From Candidatus Peregrinibacteria bacterium (GTDB lineage Bacteria; Patescibacteriota; Gracilibacteria; UBA1369): a stretch of DNA of 64,000 nucleotides. Shown here one piece after another: positions 1 to 8,425 of the stretch (position 1 is its first letter; every line of letters begins with the position of its first letter). Below the pieces are notes generated by a model. The model made no database searches and was not told where the DNA came from. It saw only the letters and a list, made by a program, of their open reading frames with translations. Location of the stretch: assembly GCA_963708185.1 (NCBI GenBank), contig OY970195.1, forward strand, positions 576,001-640,000. Direction: 5' to 3'. The translations under genes were made by a program, and so were the position numbers.

Positions 1-196
1 CGGATCCGCCGCATCCCTGGGAAAGCAGCCCCATGCTGATACCCGCAGCCGCAAGAAATTTAAGTACCGCTCCGCGGGCCTGATGACGTTTTGACGTAAA
101 GTTTGGCGTCGAAACTCCGCTTGTTGCCGCAGATTCAGGATGAGGGATCGCATCCGGCCGTGAAAAAACCGCTTCAGCCTGTTGTGGGTGAGACAT
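1..196 (-). CDS. 5' part of putative lipoprotein (runs off left edge)
   Basis: Manual translation from ATG 196: MSHPQQAEAVF...RHQARGAVLKFLAAAGISMGLLSQGCGGS; open to window edge; hydrophobic stretch + lipobox-like SQGC; no SD upstream. Confidence 0.55.
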   Translation of the reverse strand, partial: MSHPQQAEAVFSRPDAIPHPESAATSGVSTPNFTSKRHQARGAVLKFLAAAGISMGLLSQGCGGS

Positions 197-309
197 AGGT
201 TTGGGGGTTAGGGATATGAAAAAAGGGTGTTGTGAACGTGATTGACATATTTCTGAAAACTTTAATGCAAACTCCGGCAGGTTCATTACAAAATACAGGT
301 TGCATAGAT

Positions 310-355
310 AAGGAAAAGGGCCGTCCTCGTAGCTTGTAAGCTTTGAAGACGGCCC
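310..355 (-). terminator. Intrinsic terminator ending GC-rich cassette 1
   Basis: GGGCCGTC (318-325)/GACGGCCC (348-355) stem with inner AGCTT/AAGCT, followed on minus strand by TTTTCCTT. Confidence 0.7.
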
Positions 356-426
356 CTGATCCTGTTCTGATTGTCTTTGGCCTCCGCATAGCGGGGCTGT
401 GCACCGTGACCGTGAGGTCTTGGCGC

Positions 427-442
427 AATCCGGTTCATGAAA
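427..442. repeat. 3' arm of long-range inverted repeat (pairs with 4787-4802)
   Basis: AATCCGGTTCATGAAA is the exact reverse complement of TTTCATGAACCGGATT at 4787-4802. Confidence 0.9.
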
Positions 443-547
443 TATCCATTCTGCCTTACTTTCCGCGAAGGCTTGCGTGCTTCGATGAGAGTCGAAACCG
501 CTCTTGCCCGAATGCAGTCGGACGCTGTGTGCGAATGTAGGGCCTAC

Positions 548-2884
548 TCAGTAGTTGAAGACGAAATAGGCCCAGTTGGACGGACAGTCCGCGCTCACCG
601 AGAACGATCCGGGGTTGGTCTTGAGAAGGACGTACCCCGTCGTGTAGATCGCTCCGTAGAGATCGGGTTCCAGCTTCGGCGCCGGTCCGGGAGAAGGAGC
701 CGAAGGAGCGCACTTGAAGTAGACGCTCAACGGCCCCGTTCCCGAAGCGAACGTGAAGTCGACGGTCTGTCCGGGAGTGAGGTTGATTGCGACCCCGACA
801 TCGTCATTCGGTGAAGTGTTGACGGTGAAGGGGGTGCTCTGGCAGGTAGTGTCGTCCGATGACGAATCTCCGAGGATGACTCCGTAGTGGAGATGAATCA
901 CCTTGGTACAGGTGCCCGCTTCGATGCAGGTACCCGTGGTAGACGAGCAGGGACCGCCGGCATCGCTGCCGCCGCTTCCTCCCGAACCCGAGCTACCACT
1001 GGAACCGCCGGAACCGCTGGAGCCGGAGCTCCCGCTCGTTCCACCGGAACTGGTACTTCCGGCTGCACCACTGCTTCCGGCAGTGCCTCCGCTTCCGCCG
1101 CTTCCGGCATCTGCAGGAACACACATGTCGGTTGCAATGTCGCAGACCGTACCTGCTCCGCAGGCGCCTCCACAAGGAAGGCCGCCATCAGAGCCGCCCG
1201 CACCACCACTACCGGATGCGCCCCCACTGCCGCCGCTGCCGGCGTCAGATGGGACACACATGTCGGTCATGGTGTCGCAGACGGTGCCAGCTCCGCACTT
1301 TCCGTCACACGGCAAGACGAGGTCGCACAACCCCGTCATCGTGTTACAGACCGTACCGAGACCGCAGTGACCGCCGCAAGGATCTCCCCCGCCGCTGCCA
1401 CTGGACCCCGAACTGCCGCTGGAACCGCTGGAGCCGGAGCTCCCGCTAGATCCAGCACTGCCACTCGTGCCGCCGCTGCCTCCGGATCCGGAGGTGCAGA
1501 CACCCAGGGTGACGTTGCACGTCGTCCCTGGGCCGCATGCGCAGCTGCACGGATCCATGGCCGGGGTGCACGAACCGGCATCGCTGCCGCCCGCGCCTCC
1601 CGTTCCGGATGAACCAGATGAACCGGAAGAGCCGCCGCTGCCGGAGCTTCCCCCGGTGCCGCCGCTGCCTCCAGATCCGCCGGAGATATCGCACAGCCCC
1701 GTCATGGTGTTGCACACCGTGCCGGGGCCGCACTTATTCCCACAGGGATCGGTTCCTCCGCCGGAACCGCCGCTTCCGCCGCCACCCATATCCCGGTAGC
1801 AGTCGTTGTCGACGATTCCGTCGCAGTCGTTGTCGATGTGATCCCCGCACTCCTCCGGGCCCGTAGGCACGCAGATGCAGAGCGGAAGACCGTCATCAAC
1901 CTTGTTGTTGCAGTCGTTGTCGCGACCGTCGCAGACTTCGGGCATGGGCGAGCCCGGGATTGCGTCGCAACGGGTTGCCCAGGGCCCGTCGCAGATCACC
2001 TTGCCGAAGGCAAGGCAATCCCCAACGCCGAGAGTGCAGGGAAGGTTCGTCCCCCAGCCCTCGTCGATGAGGCTGTTGCCGTTGTTGTCGATACCGTCAC
2101 ATTTCTCGGCAACACAGAGCTTCGTGACGGGGTTGCAGACGGTGGTGCTTCCACAGACGCCGCCGCAGGGATCGCTCCCCGAGTCGCCGCCGCTTCCGCT
2201 GTCACCGCCAGTTCCGGAGTCGCCCCCGGTGCCGGCGTCGGACCCGCCCGTTCCTCCATCGCTGGATTCACAGGTGCAGGTCGACGTGTTGCAGTGGGTT
2301 CCCTGGCCGCAGTGGTTGTTGCAGTTGTTGCAACTCCCGCCGTCGGTGTTGGGAACACACTGTCCGTTGAGGCAGGTCGTGCCGGAGCCACAGTGGCCCC
2401 CGCAGTCCCCGCCGCCGTCTCCGCCCGGTACGCATTGCTTTGTATCCGGGTCGCAGACGGTAAGGGGTGGAGCGCAATGCCCTTTGCAGGGATCGCCTCC
2501 GCCGCCGGTCTCGCACTTGCCAGTATCCACGTTGCACGTGGTCCCGGAGGCGCAATGACCGCCGCACGGATCTCCACCACCCGCGACGCACTTGTCGGTC
2601 GCGACGTCGCAGGTGGTTCCGGGAGCGCATTTGCCGTTACAGGGATTGCTCCCCGGCGGCAAACACTTTCCGGTGTTTTGATCGCAGACGGTTCCGGGGC
2701 CACACGTGCCCTCGCAAACGTCCACGCCGCCCTCTCCGGTTCCGGAGCTTCCTCCGGTTCCGGGAGGGCATTGCCCGTTGAGGCAGAAGGGATGGTCTCC
2801 CTCGCTGCTGCATCCCACCGCGATAGCGATGGGGGCGAACAGTGAGAGTACCACCCACTTCCACCGCCTACGCGGTGAATACAT
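548..2884 (-). CDS. Cys/Gly/Ser-rich repeat lipoprotein with MopE-like (CDGxDNxC) motifs, myxobacterial style
   Basis: Signal peptide + AVGC lipobox; many DPCGGxCGxGTxC-like repeats, GGSGG linkers, three ExCDGxDNDCxGxxDxG-like motifs; start set at ATG 2884 because GGAG lies 6 nt upstream. Confidence 0.8.
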   Translation of the reverse strand: MYSPRRRWKWVVLSLFAPIAIAVGCSSEGDHPFCLNGQCPPGTGGSSGTGEGGVDVCEGTCGPGTVCDQNTGKCLPPGSNPCNGKCAPGTTCDVATDKCVAGGGDPCGGHCASGTTCNVDTGKCETGGGGDPCKGHCAPPLTVCDPDTKQCVPGGDGGGDCGGHCGSGTTCLNGQCVPNTDGGSCNNCNNHCGQGTHCNTSTCTCESSDGGTGGSDAGTGGDSGTGGDSGSGGDSGSDPCGGVCGSTTVCNPVTKLCVAEKCDGIDNNGNSLIDEGWGTNLPCTLGVGDCLAFGKVICDGPWATRCDAIPGSPMPEVCDGRDNDCNNKVDDGLPLCICVPTGPEECGDHIDNDCDGIVDNDCYRDMGGGGSGGSGGGTDPCGNKCGPGTVCNTMTGLCDISGGSGGSGGTGGSSGSGGSSGSSGSSGTGGAGGSDAGSCTPAMDPCSCACGPGTTCNVTLGVCTSGSGGSGGTSGSAGSSGSSGSSGSSGSSGSSGSGGGDPCGGHCGLGTVCNTMTGLCDLVLPCDGKCGAGTVCDTMTDMCVPSDAGSGGSGGASGSGGAGGSDGGLPCGGACGAGTVCDIATDMCVPADAGSGGSGGTAGSSGAAGSTSSGGTSGSSGSSGSGGSSGSSGSGGSGGSDAGGPCSSTTGTCIEAGTCTKVIHLHYGVILGDSSSDDTTCQSTPFTVNTSPNDDVGVAINLTPGQTVDFTFASGTGPLSVYFKCAPSAPSPGPAPKLEPDLYGAIYTTGYVLLKTNPGSFSVSADCPSNWAYFVFNY

Positions 2885-3136
2885 CGTTTTCTCCATGTGC
2901 CGGTCGTCACCGGCGTCGAAATTCCTCCGCAGGTGCGATCGTCATCGCAGCGGATTCACACTTTGCGCCGACCGTATTGTCTGGCGCGATGTTCTTGTTG
3001 GTAAACGATCGCGCCATAGTCGGCGACGTTGGTTGAGGTTGAGGTTTTGCATTCCCCGCGGGTGACGGATGTCGAATCCGTAAACCCGCGGGGTGCGCGA
3101 GGTGCCGTCTCAATTCCTTGCGGAAGAGCCGGCGGA

Positions 3137-4276
3137 TCAGAAACGGGCCCCGAGCGTACCGTGGGCATCGATGGCAGCGGCGTAGACGTTCTTGTCGCCG
3201 CCGTCGATGTGGTAGGACTGCATGAACGGCAACTGGGGAGAAGTCCCCAGCCCGAGGTAGACGCCGCGCCTCTCGTCTCCCGTCAACATGAAGTTGACGC
3301 CGAGATTGAGCGCGAGGCCGCCCTCGATGTCGTTCTTGGCGTGGTTGTTCCAGACCGTACCATCGGCCGCCTGGCCGATGTTGGTGTCGGGAACGTGAAT
3401 CCAGCGCATGAACGGGCCACCACCCAGGACGACGTCCACGCGGCTCCCCACCGGGATGCCCGCCTGGAACATGACGCCCCACCAGGTGATGTCCTGCCAC
3501 ACGCTGGGCTCGGTGAGCGGAACGCCCACCACGCCGCGGTTGTCGATGCGGCCGCGGGCATACCCCGCGAACGCTGCAACCTCGAAGGCCGTCTCGTTCA
3601 CCGGACCCACGTGGTACGTGAACTGTCCCTGCACGCCTCCCGCGACATCGAAGCCGCCGGTACGGAAGTACGCCATCGGCTCGAGGTCGAGCCTGGTGCG
3701 TCCGTCCGAACCGAAATGGGCACCCAAAGGCTCGTACCTCGAGTCGGATTCCGGCCTGGTGTAGGAGTCGCCGATGTTGGCCTTGCCGACGAGATCGCTC
3801 TTGTCGGCCTTGCCGTCGAGCTTGCCGTTGACCGCGTCGATGGCCGGCTGTTCCACGAGCTTGTCCTTGCCGTAGACCATCACGGTGAAGGTAGCACCGC
3901 TACCGTCCGTGAAGGTCAGCGTCTTGGACGCACCCGGGTCGACCGCCACCTCGCCCTCGAACTCCGCGAACGCGGAGACGAGGACGACAGTGGTGCCGCT
4001 CTTCGTTTCCGACACCTCGGGCTTCGTCAGCGGAGCCGGGAAATCAGAAGAAGTGACCTTCCCCTGGGTCCCGTTCTTGCAGTACAGGCGAATCCGAAGA
4101 CTCGCCGAACCGCGGACCACCACACCGGAGGTGTTGGTGGTGCCGACGTAGTCCTGGATGCCGTCCTTGAAGATGAGCGGCTGCCGACAATCGGCAGCGA
4201 ACGCGGTCTTGCCCACCACGATGGTGGCGAGCGCGAACACCAACCCGACGAACCCTTTCATGAGCTTGTGAGACAT
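3137..4276 (-). CDS. Secreted protein with probable C-terminal outer-membrane beta-barrel
   Basis: Signal peptide ending AFA-A; alternating beta-strand pattern in C-terminal half; ends AIDAHGTLGARF (terminal Phe); GAAAGGTG SD-like 6 nt before ATG 4276. Confidence 0.7.
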   Translation of the reverse strand: MSHKLMKGFVGLVFALATIVVGKTAFAADCRQPLIFKDGIQDYVGTTNTSGVVVRGSASLRIRLYCKNGTQGKVTSSDFPAPLTKPEVSETKSGTTVVLVSAFAEFEGEVAVDPGASKTLTFTDGSGATFTVMVYGKDKLVEQPAIDAVNGKLDGKADKSDLVGKANIGDSYTRPESDSRYEPLGAHFGSDGRTRLDLEPMAYFRTGGFDVAGGVQGQFTYHVGPVNETAFEVAAFAGYARGRIDNRGVVGVPLTEPSVWQDITWWGVMFQAGIPVGSRVDVVLGGGPFMRWIHVPDTNIGQAADGTVWNNHAKNDIEGGLALNLGVNFMLTGDERRGVYLGLGTSPQLPFMQSYHIDGGDKNVYAAAIDAHGTLGARF

Positions 4277-4786
4277 GTTTTTCACCTTTCATCTGACTGT
4301 TGAACTCTTGTGTCCGAGCCGCGCTATGGGAGCAACGAACCGGACGAACCTATGATACTCCGCCTTATGGGCGGTGGCCGCCTACGGCCCAACTTTTCCT
4401 TTGAATCGTAAGGCCGATACGGCCTAAACCGCCCGCCACCACAGCGGAGCGGTTCGCCCTTAGTGCATGTAACTACCCTTTCGGGGCTGCATGCACATAG
4501 GGCCGAGGCGGTGGTGTGGGCGCCTCTTGCGGAAGCGCTTCATACTACCTTTTCCTTTCCTCTACCCTCTTGCTCTTACCTTAACTCACCGAAGTGTGAG
4601 TATGTCGGCGAACTCGAGAGCTCATAACTACTCTCCAGGGCTGGGCCCTATTAAGCAGACCCGTCAAACGGACCTGCAGAAAAGCAGCTTTGAGCTCTCG
4701 AGTCACCAAAAAAATTTTAGAATGTTTTGTACACACGAACTTGCGTTGGCCCGCTCTTAAGGAGCTAGCACACTCGCTTCTTCGTG

Positions 4787-4802
4787 TTTCATGAACCGGA
4801 TT
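4787..4802. repeat. 5' arm of long-range inverted repeat (pairs with 427-442)
   Basis: 16-bp perfect complement to cassette trailer. Confidence 0.9.
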
Positions 4803-4812
4803 TTCAAAGATC
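4801..4812 (-). promoter_or_regulatory. boxA-like antitermination motif
   Basis: Minus strand GATCTTTGAAAA resembles rrn boxA (E. coli TGCTCTTTAACA). Confidence 0.5.
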
Positions 4813-4985
4813 CATCAGTACAGGAAGCCCAAACAAACAATTTCGTTCTGTTTGAGCTTGTAAAAGACACTTAAAATCGAGCCCTTCCAGCCTTTTCCTT
4901 TGCCGGAATCAGTAGCCCGATGTTCAATTTGTGTCTTTTATAAGCCCAAAAGAGTTGAGGGGTAGGTAAATTTTTAAAGGAAGTA

Positions 4986-5015
4986 ATTATAACCACAAAA
5001 GTCTATTTTTGTCAA
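4986..5015 (-). promoter_or_regulatory. Sigma70 promoter of cassette 1
   Basis: TTGACA (5015-5010), 18 nt, TATAAT (4991-4986). Confidence 0.85.
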
Positions 5016-5169
5016 TACATTTCGGGTCATATTTCTCCCTTTACCCTCGTAAATGCTTTTTGGCTTCGGGTATTACAAAACTGCGGTTTGAAATTTTGAA
5101 AAATTATGATGCAATCTTGAAGAGATCTTCTCTTTCGCGTGAAAGCTATTTTTGGGCTACAATACAATC

Positions 5170-6303
5170 ATGAAGCAAACACCTCATTTTGTGATTTGCG
5201 GAAATTACGGCGCCACCAACATTGGTGACGAAGCTATTTTGCAAAGCATTTTGCAGTTTTGCCGCCACGCTTTTCCGCATGCGGACATTACCGTCATCAG
5301 TTCGAATCCCGCACGCACCGCCGAGCAGTACGACGTCAAAACCGTTCCGATGATGCCCGCTGGCCTTCGCTCCTACGTCAAAGCTTTTTTCAGCAGAAGC
5401 ATGCGAAAAACACTCCATGCCTATAAACGCGCCGACGCCGTCATTTTTGGCGGAGGAGGCCTTTTTACCGATGAAAGACCACACGCCATTTTCATCTGGC
5501 TCATGCAAATTCTTCCCGCTTTCCGATATAAAAAGCCAGTAATGAGTCTCGGTCAAAGCGTCGGTCCGCTCATGAACAGATGGAGTCGCTGGGTCGTGGG
5601 GAAAATTTTCAGGAAAATGAAAATCGTTACCGTCCGCGATGAAGCCTCGCAACTGCTGCTCAGAAAACTGAACGTCCGCAACATCCACGTTTTGCCTGAC
5701 CCTGTTTTTGGCTTTCACCTGAGGAAATCACACGAATCTCCAGCCCCACGCGAACGCAAACCCTACATTGTTTTTTCGTTGAGGCCGTGGATCAGAAATG
5801 CCGAAAAAATCCGCGGAATTCTCGCGCAATTCGTTGACTGGATTTTTGAAACGTACCATCTGCGCACCTACTTCGTTCCCTTCCAGTCGCTCCATGATGA
5901 TGACGAAAATGAATGTCTCCAGGTTCTTCTCAAACTGGAACATCGAAGCGTCTGCGAGGTTCTTTCGCACAATGAAGAGATGCGTGACACCCTCAAATTG
6001 ATGGAAGAGTCCACGGCGGTTATCGGGATGCGTCTTCATTCCATTATTTTTTCTGCGATAACGCATACCCCGTTTTTAGCGCTTTCCTACAGCCTAAAAG
6101 TAGCAGAGGTTGCCAAACAGCTTGGGATGGAAGACTTCCTGGACGAGTACCGGTTCGTGGATCTGGATACGTTGAAAAAGAAATTCGAAAAACTTTTCAG
6201 TGAGCGAACGCACGTGGAAAAATCTCTTGAGGAAATGCATAAAGAGCTGGAGCACAAAACCGAACAGTATGCTCACATGATCAAACAGCTTGTGGATGCC
6301 TGA
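5170..6303 (+). CDS. csaB: Polysaccharide pyruvyl transferase (CsaB-like)
   Basis: GNYGATNIGDEAI, FGGGGLF, GQSVGP, TVRD, GMRLHS motifs. Confidence 0.85.
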   Translation: MKQTPHFVICGNYGATNIGDEAILQSILQFCRHAFPHADITVISSNPARTAEQYDVKTVPMMPAGLRSYVKAFFSRSMRKTLHAYKRADAVIFGGGGLFTDERPHAIFIWLMQILPAFRYKKPVMSLGQSVGPLMNRWSRWVVGKIFRKMKIVTVRDEASQLLLRKLNVRNIHVLPDPVFGFHLRKSHESPAPRERKPYIVFSLRPWIRNAEKIRGILAQFVDWIFETYHLRTYFVPFQSLHDDDENECLQVLLKLEHRSVCEVLSHNEEMRDTLKLMEESTAVIGMRLHSIIFSAITHTPFLALSYSLKVAEVAKQLGMEDFLDEYRFVDLDTLKKKFEKLFSERTHVEKSLEEMHKELEHKTEQYAHMIKQLVDA

Positions 6304-6319
6304 GCGTTCTGAGCGCACG

Positions 6320-6946
6320 TCATTCAATCGTCATCTGAAGAAGATTGTGCACCGGAGAGAAACTTTTGCGGTGGATCGGGCAGGCTCCGTGTGTTCTGAG
6401 TGCTTCCTGATGCTCTTTTGTGCCGTAGCCTTTGTGACCGGCAAAGCCGTATTGCGGATATTTTTCGCCGAGTTCGCTCATGAGCCGGTCACGGACAACT
6501 TTTGCCATAATGGAAGCGCAGGCGATAAGTTTTACCTTTTCATCGCCCTTGATGAGGGTCTTCCACGGATGCGGAAGACTCATGCGGTCCCTGCCGTCCA
6601 CGAGGATGAATTCAGGCACATGCCCCTTTTGTTTGAGCTCTTTCAATGCCCTGATGAATGCCAGGTTATTGGCTTTTAAAAGTCCAAAACGATCGATTTC
6701 ATCGACTTCCGCCCTTCCGATGCCGAACGCCGCTTTCCGTTCAAGAAGCTCGTAAAACTCCTCTCTTTGGGCTTCAGAAAGGTGTTTGGAATCCTTCAGA
6801 TGGGCCAGGCGCAGTGACTGGGGGAACATCAAGGCACAGGCCACGATCGGGCCGGCCCATGGTCCCCGTCCGACTTCGTCCAGACCGCATACCAGATGGT
6901 CGTCTACCCCTGGGGGAACAAGTTTATGTATCGGAAGAAAAGCCAT
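6320..6946 (-). CDS. rnhB: Ribonuclease HII
   Basis: GLDEVGRGPWAGP, DSKHL, LVDG, KGD, ASIMAKVVRD, HKGYGT, HRKSF. Confidence 0.95.
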   Translation of the reverse strand: MAFLPIHKLVPPGVDDHLVCGLDEVGRGPWAGPIVACALMFPQSLRLAHLKDSKHLSEAQREEFYELLERKAAFGIGRAEVDEIDRFGLLKANNLAFIRALKELKQKGHVPEFILVDGRDRMSLPHPWKTLIKGDEKVKLIACASIMAKVVRDRLMSELGEKYPQYGFAGHKGYGTKEHQEALRTHGACPIHRKSFSPVHNLLQMTIE

Positions 6947-7002
6947 GCCAACACTGTAGCTCCGTTTTGAATTTTTGTGTTTTACTCCGGCTTGCAAAAT
7001 AC

Positions 7003-7030
7003 AAAAAAATCCAGCATACGCTGGATTTTT
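7003..7030 (-). terminator. Intrinsic terminator after rplS
   Basis: AAAAAAATCCAGC-ATAC-GCTGGATTTTT. Confidence 0.8.
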
Positions 7031-7055
7031 GACAGTTCGGGTTGAAACTTCTCGA

Positions 7056-7661
7056 TCAGTCCTTCTTCTCTTCTTTTTTCGCTTCAGCCTTGGTTTCCGT
7101 CTTTTCCGGAGCTTTTGCTTCTTCGGTTTTGACTTCCGGCGTCTGAGGAGCGGTCGTTTCTTCGGCCTCGCCTTTTGGCGCGCCTTCGGCTGGAGCCTCC
7201 ATCATGGATTCCATTTTTTCAGCTTCAGCGGCAGCCTGGGCTTTGTGGTCGACACCCATGGATTCCATGAGATCAGCCTTCTTTTTGCTGTACTTCTCGT
7301 CTTTTGCAGTCAGACCCACGTGAGCGCGGAGGCGGGTTGCCTTACCGGAAAGTTCACGCATGTAAAAGAGCTTGGCTCTGCGAACCTTTGGCGTCTTGGT
7401 AATTTCAATTTTCGTCACGAGCGGTGAATAAAGCGGGAAAGTCTTTTCCACGCCGATTCCCTGGACCATCTTGCGGACCTTCATCATTTTGCTTCCGCCG
7501 TGACCTGCATTAAAGCCCATCACCAGGCCTTCAAAAACCTGTACGCGTTCCTTTTCACCTTCACGGATTTTCTGATGGATGCGAACGGTGTAACCCGGAC
7601 GGATCAACGGAAGTTTCTTGATGAACTTCTTTTCGATGTCTTGGAGTAAGTGGTGCGTCAT
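7056..7661 (-). CDS. rplS: 50S ribosomal protein L19 with long charged C-terminal tail
   Basis: PGYTVRIHQKIREGEKERVQVFEG, GIGVEKTFPLYSP, KVRRAKLFYMREL. Confidence 0.95.
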   Translation of the reverse strand: MTHHLLQDIEKKFIKKLPLIRPGYTVRIHQKIREGEKERVQVFEGLVMGFNAGHGGSKMMKVRKMVQGIGVEKTFPLYSPLVTKIEITKTPKVRRAKLFYMRELSGKATRLRAHVGLTAKDEKYSKKKADLMESMGVDHKAQAAAEAEKMESMMEAPAEGAPKGEAEETTAPQTPEVKTEEAKAPEKTETKAEAKKEEKKD

Positions 7662-7741
7662 TGCTTTAAAACTAAAAATTTGCCTTTGTAGTGTACGGAT
7701 TGGATGCTGAAAAATCAAGAGCAAAAGCGCTCTCAATCCTG

Positions 7742-8299
7742 TTATTTTTTCTCAAGGTGGTTCACGGCCACGATGTTCTCGGGATCATCGACGAGATCGG
7801 ATAAAAACTTGTCCTTACACTGTCGGCGGTAAATATAATCGTCGCGGGTCAAGACGGAATAGCGCACGGGACGTTCGGTTTCGAGCTCATTATTGAGGTA
7901 GTTTTCGAGGGTGTTGCGGTCGATTTTCCCCACAATCAAAAGGTCCAGCGGGCTTTCTTTTTCAACGAAAAATCCCGAAAGCACCATGACGTCAATCGTT
8001 CCCATCTGTGAAATTTTCTTGATGAGGGCGTCTTTATCCCCCATGGCTTTGAGGATGATACTTTTGAGCTCGTGGAAGATGACAAAATTTTTATTCACGA
8101 TATAGTACTTCTTGCGATTTTTCTCCTTGCTCTTCAAAAGGCCCATTTTCTTGAGATTATCAAGCTCGCGGCGGATGGAATTGATCTGTTCGTCGAGGCG
8201 TCTGGTGAGCTCGCGAATAAAGAACTCTTCGTCGGGGTTTAAAAGAAAGAGCGTGAGGAGTTTTATACGCGTATTTGAGGTAAAGAGCCGTTTAAGCAT
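7742..8299 (-). CDS. Winged-HTH protein with degenerate nucleotidyltransferase-like C-domain
   Basis: LFTSNTRIKLL...FIRELTR...NSIRRELDNL HTH; LSGFF...LDLLIVG. Confidence 0.7.
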   Translation of the reverse strand: MLKRLFTSNTRIKLLTLFLLNPDEEFFIRELTRRLDEQINSIRRELDNLKKMGLLKSKEKNRKKYYIVNKNFVIFHELKSIILKAMGDKDALIKKISQMGTIDVMVLSGFFVEKESPLDLLIVGKIDRNTLENYLNNELETERPVRYSVLTRDDYIYRRQCKDKFLSDLVDDPENIVAVNHLEKK

Positions 8300-8425
8300 G
8301 AGCTGGTGAGACGCTTGATGTATACATATTTTATACAAGCTGCCTGCACTGTATAAGTTTTTTTTTCAGATTGCAAGGTAAAAAAGCAGCGTCTGCGCTC
8401 AATTCCTCTTTATTTGGATAGAAAT

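Larger units (their letters stand above)
4280..4980 (-). ncRNA. ~700-nt highly structured 5' leader / candidate ncRNA
   Basis: No credible ORF; nested stems e.g. 4612-4624/4691-4703 (13 bp perfect), 4861-4870/4931-4940, 4369-4375/4428-4434, 4358-4363/4444-4449; GAAA, GCAA, TTCG tetraloops on minus strand. Confidence 0.65.

Noticed and set aside
310-319. AAGGAAAAGG complementary to the repeated leader motif
   Set aside because: Adequately explained as the U-tract side of the terminator; low complexity, so not counted as a second long-range stem.
950-2760. Repeats as a CRISPR array
   Set aside because: They are in-frame coding Gly/Ser/Cys repeats without constant repeat-spacer periodicity; no cas genes.
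887-4303. Many long overlapping ORFs on the plus strand and alternate frames (e.g. 1838-2845, 3029-4303)
   Set aside because: Shadow ORFs of GC-rich, repetitive minus-strand genes; no starts, signals or motifs.
4491-4760. 89-aa ORF in the leader region
   Set aside because: Antisense to the predicted transcript, no coding features, overlaps strong RNA helices.
427-4802. Inverted repeat as transposon or IS ends
   Set aside because: No transposase, no evident target-site duplication, and both arms lie inside the promoter-terminator unit; the analogous cassette-2 stem uses G-U.
4280-4980. Leader as RNase P RNA, tmRNA, T-box, or group I/II intron
   Set aside because: No GAGGAAAGTCC/P4 partner, no tRNA-like ends, no T-box motif, no recognisable domain V or P7 core by eye; an Rfam scan is still needed.
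300-5100. GC-rich block as assembly chimera or contamination
   Set aside because: Flanked on both sides by native-style DNA with an AT-rich promoter, and mirrored by a second cassette; disfavoured but only read mapping can exclude it.
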